Assembly (NCBI GenBank): GCA_963728915.1
Contig: CAVSLV010000001.1
Location: 128,001 to 192,000, forward strand
Reading direction: 5' to 3'
DNA length: 64,000 bases
From: an uncultured Gemmatimonadales bacterium
GTDB taxonomy: Bacteria > Gemmatimonadota > Gemmatimonadetes > Gemmatimonadales > GWC2-71-9
Shown here: positions 45,903 to 54,409 of the stretch, piece after piece
How positions within the stretch are numbered: the first letter of the stretch is position 1
Layout of the letters: every line of letters begins with the position of its first letter
Notes under the pieces: model-generated
What the model was told of the DNA's origin: nothing
The model's input: the letters and a program-made list of their open reading frames with translations, nothing else
Database searches by the model: none
Translations under genes and position numbers: made by a program

Positions 45903-47309
45903 CTACCTGATTCGCGCGAGCGCTTTTTCCTTTCCCACCACCGCCAGCAGCTCATTCACCGGCTCCGAGACGGTGGATCCGGTCAGGGCAACGCGGATCG
46001 GCTGGAGCAGATCGCCCAGCTTCATGCCGCTTCGAGTCACCCGGTCCTTGAGGGCGACGAGAATGCGCTCGCTGTGCCACTCGCCCCCGGGAATCGACTC
46101 GAGGGTTTCCCGCGCGGCCCGGAGACTCTCCTCGTACCGGGGTCCCATTTTGGAGATGAGCCCTCGGGCCTTTTCATCCGGCTCGGCCCGCGAAGGCTCC
46201 AGCCGGATCGCCACCTGCCTCGCCAGGTCGAGGGTAGTGCGGGAACGGGCGCGGACCGACTCGATGTAGGGGATGACCTCCTTCGCTCCCGGGGACTCGA
46301 TCCCCATGCGGGCCAGCTCCTCGAGGACCGGATCGACCAGGTCCCCGGGGGGCAGCAGCGAGAGATACTGTCCATTCATCCATTCGAGCTTGGTCGTGTC
46401 GAAGATCGCGGGCTTCTTCTGGATCCCTTCGAGCGAAAACAGGGAGACCATGTCCTCCGGGGTGAGAATCTCGCGGTCTCCTCCCGGCGACCAACCCAGC
46501 AGGGCGAGGAAGTTCCGCATGGCATCGGGCACGATCCCCAGGGATTTGTAATCCCCGACCGCGGTCGCCCCGTGACGCTTGGAGAGTTTCTTCCCGTCCT
46601 GTCCCAGGATCATCGGCACGTGGGCGAAGACCGGCGGGGTCTGGCCGAGCGCGCGGTAGAGCGCGATCTGTTTGGGCGTGTTCGAGATGTGATCGTCGCC
46701 CCGGATGACGTGGGTGATCCGCATCTCGATGTCGTCCGATACTACCGCCAGGTTGTAGATCGGGGTCTGATCGCTTCGCAGGATGATCAGGTCGTCGAGA
46801 TCCCGGCCGTGGAAGGTGATGGGGCCGTGGACCGCGTCGTCCCAGGAGATCTCCTCCGCGGGCATCCGGAACCGGATCGCGAAGGGCATCCCGCGGGCCA
46901 CCCGCGCGGCGATCTCTCCTTCGGGGAGCCGGTCGCAGCGGCGGTCGTACTTGAAGGCTTCAGCCCCCTGGGCGGTCGCCTTCCGTTGCGCCTCCAGCTC
47001 CTCCCGGGTGCAGAAACACCGATACGCCTTCCGCTCGGCGAGAAGCCGGTGGGCTTCCTCGCGGTGTCGCGACACGGCGGCGCCCTGAAAGAGGGGGCCC
47101 TCATCCCACGCGAGCCCGAGCCAGGCCAGGCCTTCGAGGATGACACGGGTGTGCTCCTCGGTGCTTCGCTCGCGGTCGGTATCCTCGATGCGAAGGATGA
47201 ACCGTCCTCCGGTCTTTCTCGCAAAGAGCCAGTTGAAGAGCGCCGTCCGGGCGCCACCAACGTGGAGATAGCCGGTCGGTGAGGGAGCGAAGCGGACACG
47301 GGTAGACAT
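45903..47309 (-). CDS. gltX: Glutamate--tRNA ligase
   Basis: RFAPSPTGYLHVGG, RIEDTD, RGDDH, KLSKR. Confidence 0.98.
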   Translation of the reverse strand: MSTRVRFAPSPTGYLHVGGARTALFNWLFARKTGGRFILRIEDTDRERSTEEHTRVILEGLAWLGLAWDEGPLFQGAAVSRHREEAHRLLAERKAYRCFCTREELEAQRKATAQGAEAFKYDRRCDRLPEGEIAARVARGMPFAIRFRMPAEEISWDDAVHGPITFHGRDLDDLIILRSDQTPIYNLAVVSDDIEMRITHVIRGDDHISNTPKQIALYRALGQTPPVFAHVPMILGQDGKKLSKRHGATAVGDYKSLGIVPDAMRNFLALLGWSPGGDREILTPEDMVSLFSLEGIQKKPAIFDTTKLEWMNGQYLSLLPPGDLVDPVLEELARMGIESPGAKEVIPYIESVRARSRTTLDLARQVAIRLEPSRAEPDEKARGLISKMGPRYEESLRAARETLESIPGGEWHSERILVALKDRVTRSGMKLGDLLQPIRVALTGSTVSEPVNELLAVVGKEKALARIR

Positions 47310-47315
47310 GCGAAA

Positions 47316-47406
47316 CGGAGTGGGAGGGATTCGAACCCTCGATAGGGGATTTCGCCCCTATAACGGTTTAGCAAACCGCCGCCTTCAGCCGCTCGGCCAC
47401 CACTCC
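47316..47406 (-). tRNA. tRNA-Ser(GCT), CCA not encoded
   Basis: GGAGTGG...GCGGT TT GCT AA ACCGT, long variable arm, GGTTCGAATCC, CCACTCC G. Confidence 0.97.
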
Positions 47407-47443
47407 GGAACGGGACGGAAATTGGGCCTGAAGAACGACTTAT

Positions 47444-47890
47444 TCAAGGGCTGCCGATTGCCTCGGACCAACTCTCCCAGGTGAGGTGACAGGCGGAGAT
47501 GAAGAGATCGGGTGGATGGCCCTCCTTCCCAATCAGCGAATGGAGCATCTCATGCCGGACCACCAGCTCGTCGTTGGCGAAATTGCCGGCAAGTACGATG
47601 ACCCCTGCCTTCCTTTCCCGGGTCCAGAGCCCCACCACCGGACCCTCCGCCGCGACAAAGCTGCTGGCGCCGGGAATCACATACCAGCGAAGCGAGGTCC
47701 AGGAGCCCTGGAGTCCGCTGCACGCTTCGGTTCGCTGGTACCAATCCTGAAAAACCCCGGGAGCGGCAAGGGGCACGGCTCCCTGGGGAAGCACCTCGCC
47801 TCCTCGGGGGTTTGCGGAACAACCGGCGATCGTGCCGGCGAAAACAATCCAGGTCGCACGTTGCAGAACGTGCCTCGAGAACCCGCCCAC
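47444..47890 (-). CDS. Hypothetical lipoprotein with HExxH motif
   Basis: Lipobox IAGC; VRHEMLHSL. Confidence 0.7.
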   Translation of the reverse strand: MGGFSRHVLQRATWIVFAGTIAGCSANPRGGEVLPQGAVPLAAPGVFQDWYQRTEACSGLQGSWTSLRWYVIPGASSFVAAEGPVVGLWTRERKAGVIVLAGNFANDELVVRHEMLHSLIGKEGHPPDLFISACHLTWESWSEAIGSP

Positions 47891-47966
47891 GCTGCTCCAT
47901 GTCGTGATGAGATCGCCGGATTCCCAGCGAGAGTCATACCACGGTACTGCACCATCAAGGGTACAA

Positions 47967-48704
47967 TCAGGACGAAAAACGCCAGCCGAACCCGAGTGCC
48001 ATCGACAGGTGACTGAAGTTCACTCTCAACGGACTCGGGCCCGCCGGCGATGCAAACCCCAGCCGCACGCCTGGCCAGGGTCCCTCGGTCCGTTTGGGTA
48101 GCAGCCGATAGGAAAACGTGAGATCCACGAAGGTCGGCTTCCGCGCCGAGGTCCGGATCCCCGCCTCGAATTGGGCGCCGAACCTCACCAGCGTACGAGG
48201 GACATCGCCGATCGTCTCGCTGTTGAGCATGGCCAGCAGCGGACCGGCGCCAAGGTGCACCAGAGGAAGCGGGCTGAAGCTCAGGGAGGTCCCGGCCAGC
48301 AGGGTGGACCAGTCCGCCCGCATGTCTGTCCCGGAAAGCCGTCCTTCGGCACTCCCGAGATTGGCATAGGTGAACATCAGGCTGGCGTCGAGGCGACTGA
48401 CCAGGCGCCGCGCCAGGGTTGCGGTGAGGCCGAGCTCGGGAGCACCGATGAGCGGGTTATCGTGGCAATTGGACTTCCAGACATCGCAGTAGTGCTCGGT
48501 CCATCCTTCTTCGAGCAGTCTGGCTTTCATCTGGCCGGCGGGCCCGCCAATCGGACGGCTGACGGAGACGATCAGGTTCCACCCGGCGCTCTGGTCGTAG
48601 GGAACTCTCCGGACCGTGACGCTGCCTTGCGCCGCCAGCATGCCGAAGGGCACGGTGAGAGCCCACATTCCGAGTCGGAGGCCCGTCTTCATGACTTCAA
48701 ACAT
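47967..48704 (-). CDS. Hypothetical outer-membrane beta-barrel protein
   Basis: Signal peptide, alternating beta strands, C-terminal LGFGWRF; paralog of the next gene. Confidence 0.7.
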   Translation of the reverse strand: MFEVMKTGLRLGMWALTVPFGMLAAQGSVTVRRVPYDQSAGWNLIVSVSRPIGGPAGQMKARLLEEGWTEHYCDVWKSNCHDNPLIGAPELGLTATLARRLVSRLDASLMFTYANLGSAEGRLSGTDMRADWSTLLAGTSLSFSPLPLVHLGAGPLLAMLNSETIGDVPRTLVRFGAQFEAGIRTSARKPTFVDLTFSYRLLPKRTEGPWPGVRLGFASPAGPSPLRVNFSHLSMALGFGWRFSS

Positions 48705-48736
48705 ATCCGAGTGGACACGGGAAGCTGGAACCGGCC

Positions 48737-49810
48737 CTATTGTACTCCACTCGTGAACCGCATCCCGAGCCCGACGGAGAGAAAGAGATGGCTGAAATTC
48801 GCGTCCATGGTTCCGGGTCCGGCGGCAACGAACGCCGCATCCTTCCGGCCCGGCCAGGGACCCTCGTTCCGGCTCGGGAGCAGTCGATAGGATCCCTTCG
48901 CTTCGAAGAACATGGCGCTCTTGACTGAAGACCGGAGGTCGGCCTCGAAGATGGCGCCGGGCCGGAGCACGCCGCGGGGCTGGTTATCTACCCGCTCGCT
49001 GTTGAGAATCGCGAAGACCGGCCCCGCGCCCAGCTGGACCTGGGGAATGAGGGTGATCCCAATCGTCCCGCCGACCAGGATGGTGGACCAGTCGGCCCGA
49101 ACATCGATACCGTTCCGACGGCCTTCGGCGGATCCCAGCGGCACGACCGAGAACAACGCGGAACCCTGAAGCAGCCGACCCAACTGCCACGAGAGCGTCC
49201 CGGTAATCGCGAGCGACGCGTGATGCACCAGGGGATTGTCGTGGCAGGTGGTCTGCTTGAAATCGCAATATCGCTCGGTCCAATCGTTCTCGAGCAATCT
49301 GGCCTTCATCTGCCCGACCGGCCCACCCAGCGGGATCCCGGGAGAAAACGTGAGGGTCCAGCGGCTGTCAGCAGGTGTGAGGCTGATGGACTCAACCGGG
49401 ACAGATCGTGATGGCGGGGTCAGGCTCACGCTGCTCCGGTCCACCACCTCCACCTTGCCGTCTTCGGCGAGGATGATGAAGGGCACCGGGCTCCGGGTCG
49501 AATCCAGAGCGATCAGCCCGCGGACCTGGACGCCCTGTCGCTGGAACATTTCCCCGCCCCCGAAGAGTTTGCCGAACAGCGGGGGGATCAGCACGTCGAT
49601 GGTGCGTTTGGCGTAGTTCACTCCCAGCGCCAGACGGAGGGTTCCGTCCGGCAGTCGCTGGACCCTTGCCACCGGCCCAGTCACGACCGCGACCTCACCG
49701 ACGTGCTGAGCGGCGTCCCAGTGATCGATGAAATCGATGACCTGGGCCGAAGCGGACAGGGCGGGGGCCGCGATCAGCCCGCTCGCCAGGAGGATGGCAC
49801 GACAGGACAT
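48737..49810 (-). CDS. Hypothetical secreted protein: OB-fold-like N-domain plus beta-barrel
   Basis: Signal peptide; AAQHVGEVAVVTGPV; barrel ending VGLGMRF; shares GGP.GQMKARLLE..WTE.YCD...CHDNPL with the neighbour. Confidence 0.7.
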   Translation of the reverse strand: MSCRAILLASGLIAAPALSASAQVIDFIDHWDAAQHVGEVAVVTGPVARVQRLPDGTLRLALGVNYAKRTIDVLIPPLFGKLFGGGEMFQRQGVQVRGLIALDSTRSPVPFIILAEDGKVEVVDRSSVSLTPPSRSVPVESISLTPADSRWTLTFSPGIPLGGPVGQMKARLLENDWTERYCDFKQTTCHDNPLVHHASLAITGTLSWQLGRLLQGSALFSVVPLGSAEGRRNGIDVRADWSTILVGGTIGITLIPQVQLGAGPVFAILNSERVDNQPRGVLRPGAIFEADLRSSVKSAMFFEAKGSYRLLPSRNEGPWPGRKDAAFVAAGPGTMDANFSHLFLSVGLGMRFTSGVQ

Positions 49811-49917
49811 GGAACTCCCTCAGGTGGACTCAAACTTAGCAAGAGGCTTCCTGCCCGCTCTTGCGACCGGAGCCCGGCCGACCGTATCGTCTGCCCATTC
49901 CCGTCGGAGCCAATTTC

Positions 49918-52900
49918 ATGCCGCGTTCATGCTTCTTTCGCGTTCCCCTCGCCGTGTCGTTGATCGCCCTCCCGCTGGCGACTCCGGTCCTGGCGCAGCA
50001 AACCGACCCGGGTGTTGGAGCCCTGGGACAGCTTCGATTTCGATTCATCGGCCCCCAGGGCAACCGCGTCTCCGCGGTCTCCGGGGTGCCGGGAGATCCC
50101 TATACCTGGTACGCCGGGGCGGCATCGGGGGGGATCTGGAAAACCACCGACGGTGGCACCACCTGGCAACCGATCTTCGATTCCCAGCCGGTTTCCTCGA
50201 TCGGCACCCTGACGGTGGCGCCTTCCGATCCCAACATCGTGTGGGCCGGAACCGGGGAGCCGCACATCCGAAGCCACATCTCGGTCGGCTGGGGCGTTTT
50301 CAAGTCAACCGACGCTGGAAAGACCTGGACCCGAGAGGGGCTGGAGCAGACCGGCAGGATCTCGCGAATCGTGATCCATCCGACCAATCCGAATCTGGTC
50401 TATGTCGCCTCGCAGGGCCACGGCTATGGCCCGCAGAAGGAGCGTGGCATCTACCGCTCCACCGACGGAGGAACCACCTGGCAGCAGGTGCTGTTCGTGG
50501 ACGAAAATACCGGCGCTTCGGACCTGATCATGGACCCGAACAATCCCCAGGTGCTGTTCGCCTCGATGTGGGAATGGGGTATCAAGACCTGGGGGCGGGA
50601 AAGCGGCGGTCCGGGCAGCGGGATCTTCCTCTCGACCGACGGCGGATCCACCTGGAAGAAGCTGGCCGGCAATGGGCTGCCCAGCAAGCCGGTCGGCAAG
50701 ATCGCCGTGGCCATCCCCAAGGCGAACTCGAAGCGGGTGTATGCCCTCATTGAAACCGGCGATGGCGCTCCCTGGAAGGGGCAGCCCACCGACCGGGGCA
50801 AGCTCTGGCGCTCCGAGGATGGCGGAGCCACCTGGGCTGTGGTGAGCTACGACCGTCAGCTCGGAGGACGAACGGCCTACTACAACGAGGTCTTTGCGTC
50901 ACCCGATAACCCGGACGAGGTGTACTTCCCGACCGCCTCCTTTTCCAAATCGCTCGATGGAGGGAAGACCCTGGTCGACCTGGGATTCGGGGGATCTCCC
51001 GGCGGCGACAATCACGAGATGTGGATCGACCCGACCAACGGGAACCGGATGGGGGTGGCGAACGACAACTCCATCGCCATCTCGGTCAACCGGGGACGAA
51101 GCTGGAACCGGATCCAGCTTCCGATCGCGCAGATGTATCACGTCACGGTGGACAAGCGGATTCCCTACACGGTCTGCGGCAACCGCCAGGACGGACCGTC
51201 CGCGTGCGGACCCAGCAACAGCAAGCTGGGGGGGTTCGGTGGCGGAGGGGGCGCGGGCGGACCGATTCCCCGTAGTCTCTGGCATTCCGTGGGAGGCGGT
51301 GAGAGCGGGTGGGCGACCCCCGACCCGTCCGACTCGAACATCGTGTGGTCGAGCGCCTCCGGCTCGGGAAGCCGGGGCGGCATCGTCGAGCGGCATGATC
51401 TTCGGACCGGTCTCTCCCGCAACGTGGAGATCTGGCCGGTCAGCACGGGCGGTTGGACCGCGGCGGACGTGAAGTACCGATTCGTCTGGACCTTCCCTTT
51501 CACGTTCTCTCCCCATGATCCCAGGCGGATCTACGCGGGCAGCCAGCACGTCCACGTCACCACCAACGGCGGGGACAGCTGGCAGGAGCTGAGTCCTGAC
51601 CTCACCCGGAATGACAAGAGCCGCATGGGGATTTCCGGGGGACTTACCCCCGACAACATCGGGGTGGAATATGCCGGGGTGATCTTCGCCATCGCCGAGT
51701 CCCCGGTGACCGCCGGCGTCCTCTGGGTGGGCACCAACGACGGCCTGGTCCAGCTTTCCCGTGATGCGGGGAAGACCTGGACCAACCTGACGAAGAACAT
51801 GACCGGGCTCCCCGAGTGGGGCACCATCAGCAACATCGAGCCTTCGCGATACGACGCGGCCACCGCCTATCTCACGGTGGACGGGCACCAGGTCGACAAC
51901 CGGGATCCCTGGATCTACAAGACCACCGACTTCGGACAGACCTGGAAGCTGATCGTGAACGGGATCCCCAGGAGTCCCCTAAGCTACGCCCACTGGATCA
52001 AGGAGGATCCGGTGCGCCGCGGGCTGCTCTATGCCGGGACCGAGAACGCCCTCTACGTCTCATTCAATGACGGCGAGGCGTGGCAACAGCTCCAGAACGG
52101 ACTGCCGCCGGCGCCGGTGTATGGGGTCACGGTGCAGGAGCACTTCAACGATCTGGTGGTGGCGACCTACGGCCGGGGCTTCTTCATCCTGGACGACATC
52201 ACCCCACTGCAACAGCTCACTCCCGAGGTGGAGGCGGAGGATGCCCACCTGTTCAAACCCCGGGCAGCCTACCGGTTCCTCCAGGTCGCCGGATTCGACT
52301 CGCCGAGCGGAGACCCCGTGGTCGGGCAGAATCCTCCTTACGGGGCCACGATCAACTACTGGCTCAAGCGCGCGTCCAGCTCCGATCCGGCGATCACGAT
52401 CCTCGACGCGACCGGGAAAGTGGTGCGCTCCCTGCGAGGCACCCGGAATACCGGGATCAACCGGGTTCGCTGGGATCTCCGCTACGAGCCGATTCCCGAG
52501 GCTCGGATCCAGGTGCCGCCGCTCTACGCTCCGGAGATCGTCATTCCGGAAAACGGTCTCGCGGCGCCAAGCGTGGGCAGCTTCACGATCCTGGTCCCGC
52601 CGGGGACCTACACCGTGAAGCTGTCGGTCGGAGGAAAGGAGTTCACCCAGCCGCTCGAGGTGCGCAAGGATCCCAATTCGGGAGGGAGCATCGAGGGGAT
52701 CCGGGCCCAGACCGCGCTGCTCCAGGACATTCAGGGCAGCCTTGCCGGCGCGAGCGGCATGATCGACACCCTCGAGTTGCGGCGCAAGAATCTGGCGCAG
52801 GTACGCGGGTCGTTGAGCTCGGCGTCCAACAAGGATCTCCTCAGTGCTGCGGATTCCCTGGAGCAGCGGCTCATCGCGGTGGAAGGAACCCTGAACCAGC

Positions 52901-53136
52901 TCATGGTCACCGGCCGGGGCCAGGACGGAGTGCGCTATCCGGTGCGGCTGGCGGGGCAGCTGGTGTACCTGGCGAGCACGGTGGACGGGACCGATGAGGC
53001 GCCGACCACCCAGGCCCGGACGGCGTTCCAGTATCTCGACCAGCAGATCGCGGCGGTGCGGCGGGAGTACCTGCGGGTTATGCAGGCGGCGGAGGCGTAT
53101 CAGGCCCGCTTGCGGGCGCGGAATATTGTCAGCTAG
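49918..53136 (+). CDS. VPS10/BNR-repeat (sortilin-like) secreted glycosyl-hydrolase-like protein
   Basis: Signal peptide; FRFIGP.GNRV; repeated S.DGG.TW Asp-boxes; SPDLT; ATYGRG. Confidence 0.88.
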   Translation: MPRSCFFRVPLAVSLIALPLATPVLAQQTDPGVGALGQLRFRFIGPQGNRVSAVSGVPGDPYTWYAGAASGGIWKTTDGGTTWQPIFDSQPVSSIGTLTVAPSDPNIVWAGTGEPHIRSHISVGWGVFKSTDAGKTWTREGLEQTGRISRIVIHPTNPNLVYVASQGHGYGPQKERGIYRSTDGGTTWQQVLFVDENTGASDLIMDPNNPQVLFASMWEWGIKTWGRESGGPGSGIFLSTDGGSTWKKLAGNGLPSKPVGKIAVAIPKANSKRVYALIETGDGAPWKGQPTDRGKLWRSEDGGATWAVVSYDRQLGGRTAYYNEVFASPDNPDEVYFPTASFSKSLDGGKTLVDLGFGGSPGGDNHEMWIDPTNGNRMGVANDNSIAISVNRGRSWNRIQLPIAQMYHVTVDKRIPYTVCGNRQDGPSACGPSNSKLGGFGGGGGAGGPIPRSLWHSVGGGESGWATPDPSDSNIVWSSASGSGSRGGIVERHDLRTGLSRNVEIWPVSTGGWTAADVKYRFVWTFPFTFSPHDPRRIYAGSQHVHVTTNGGDSWQELSPDLTRNDKSRMGISGGLTPDNIGVEYAGVIFAIAESPVTAGVLWVGTNDGLVQLSRDAGKTWTNLTKNMTGLPEWGTISNIEPSRYDAATAYLTVDGHQVDNRDPWIYKTTDFGQTWKLIVNGIPRSPLSYAHWIKEDPVRRGLLYAGTENALYVSFNDGEAWQQLQNGLPPAPVYGVTVQEHFNDLVVATYGRGFFILDDITPLQQLTPEVEAEDAHLFKPRAAYRFLQVAGFDSPSGDPVVGQNPPYGATINYWLKRASSSDPAITILDATGKVVRSLRGTRNTGINRVRWDLRYEPIPEARIQVPPLYAPEIVIPENGLAAPSVGSFTILVPPGTYTVKLSVGGKEFTQPLEVRKDPNSGGSIEGIRAQTALLQDIQGSLAGASGMIDTLELRRKNLAQVRGSLSSASNKDLLSAADSLEQRLIAVEGTLNQLMVTGRGQDGVRYPVRLAGQLVYLASTVDGTDEAPTTQARTAFQYLDQQIAAVRREYLRVMQAAEAYQARLRARNIVS

Positions 53137-53164
53137 GGGCTAGGGGCTAGCCCCTAACCCCTAG
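53133..53164. repeat. 32-bp near-perfect palindrome made of CTAGGGG units
   Basis: CTAGGGGCTAGGGGCTAGCCCCTAACCCCTAG. Confidence 0.85.
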
Positions 53165-53168
53165 AAAA

Positions 53169-53255
53169 CGGCGTGGGTGGGATTCGAACCCACGAAGGAG
53201 TTTCCCCCTTGGCGGTTTTCAAGACCGCTGCCTTCAACCGCTCGGCCACCACGCC
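53169..53255 (-). tRNA. tRNA-Ser(TGA), CCA not encoded
   Basis: GGCGTGG...GCGGT CT TGA AA ACCGC, long variable arm, GGTTCGAATCC, CCACGCC G. Confidence 0.97.
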
Positions 53256-53270
53256 TGGGAGAAAAAACTA

Positions 53271-54380
53271 GTGGACTGTAATCATAGATTCTAAAGTGCT
53301 ATCTTCCTGGGCATGCCTACCCCGACGACGGTCCAACTCCGGCCGGCGGAACGCGCCGAGCTGGAGCGGCGCGCCCGGTCCCAATCCGCGCGCGCCGACG
53401 AGGTGCGCCGCGCCCGCATGATGTTGATGCTGGCTGACGGGATGCCCTATACCGCCATCGAGACGGCGCTGGGCTGCAGCTCCGCCACCGTGGCGCTGTG
53501 GAAGCAGCGCTTCTCCGCCGGCGGCCTGGCCGGCTTGGGGGCGCGGCATCAGGGGACCCGCCCCACGGTGCTCACCCCGGCCCTGGAGGCTCGCATTCTC
53601 GGCGTGGACCCGGCGCTCGCCTCCCTCCGGCGCGACGCAGTGGTCGACCCGCACGCTCGGCCGGCGCCTCGGGGTGAGTCATACCCTCATTGCCAAGGCG
53701 TGGCAGCGGGCCGGGCTGAAGCCCCATCGGCTGGAGCGGTACGTCCGTTCCACCGATCCCGAGTTTGAAGCCAAAGCCGCGGACATCATCGGGCTTTATC
53801 TCGATCCTCCCGCCCATGCGGCGGTGTTCTGCGTCGATGAGAAGACGGCGATCCAGGCGCTCGATCGCCGCGATCCGGTGCTGCCGATGTCGCCGGGGCG
53901 AGCGGAGCGCCACGGATTCGAGTATGTGCGGCACGGCACCCTGTCGCTCTACGCCGCGTTGGAGACCCAAACCGGCGCAGTGCTCGGGAAGACGGCGGCG
54001 CGGCACACCAGCGCGGAATTCGTGGCGTTTCTCACCGAACTGGTCGCCTCGCAGCCCCGGCGCCGCGCGATTCATGTCATCGCCGATAATCTGTCGGCTC
54101 ACAAGACCCCGCAGGTCCAAGCCTTCCTCACGACTCATCCTCGGGTGACCCTGCATTTCACCCCGACTTACAGCTCCTGGCTCAACCAAGTCGAGCTGTG
54201 GTTCGCCAAGATCGAGCGGGAAGTTATCACCCGCGGCATTTTCACGTCCGTCACGGATTTAGCGCGTAAGCTGCGCCGCTTCATCCAGCAATACAATCGC
54301 ACCGCCACACCGTTCCGCTGGTCATATGCCGATCCGCGCCGGCGCATTAGGGCACTTTCGAACTCATGACTACAGTCCAC
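53271..54380 (+). mobile_element. IS630-family insertion sequence
   Basis: Terminal IRs GTGGACTGTAATCAT / ATGACTACAGTCCAC; TA duplicated at 53269-70 and 54381-82 (target CTAG). Confidence 0.93.
53313..54369 (+). pseudogene. IS630 transposase with a +1 frameshift near 53601
   Basis: HTH ORF 53313 joins the DDE ORF (VDEK, YVRHGT, ADNLSAHK, SWLNQVE) if one G of CTC-GGCG-TGG is removed, giving RILAWTRRSPPSGATQWSTR. Confidence 0.88.
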
Positions 54381-54409
54381 TAGTCAGGCCGATGTCCGCC
54401 TGTCCGCGC

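Noticed and set aside
53169..53255. Possible tRNA-Sec, given selA nearby and a long variable arm
   Set aside because: The anticodon reads TGA (Ser), not TCA, and the acceptor stem is a normal 7 bp.
47316..53255. Integrative element bounded by two tRNA-Ser genes
   Set aside because: Both tRNAs are complete with different anticodons; no integrase or duplicated att fragment is present.
53590..53620. Programmed -1 frameshift in the IS630 transposase
   Set aside because: No slippery A-run is present and the repair requires removing one base, so a mutation or assembly error is more likely.
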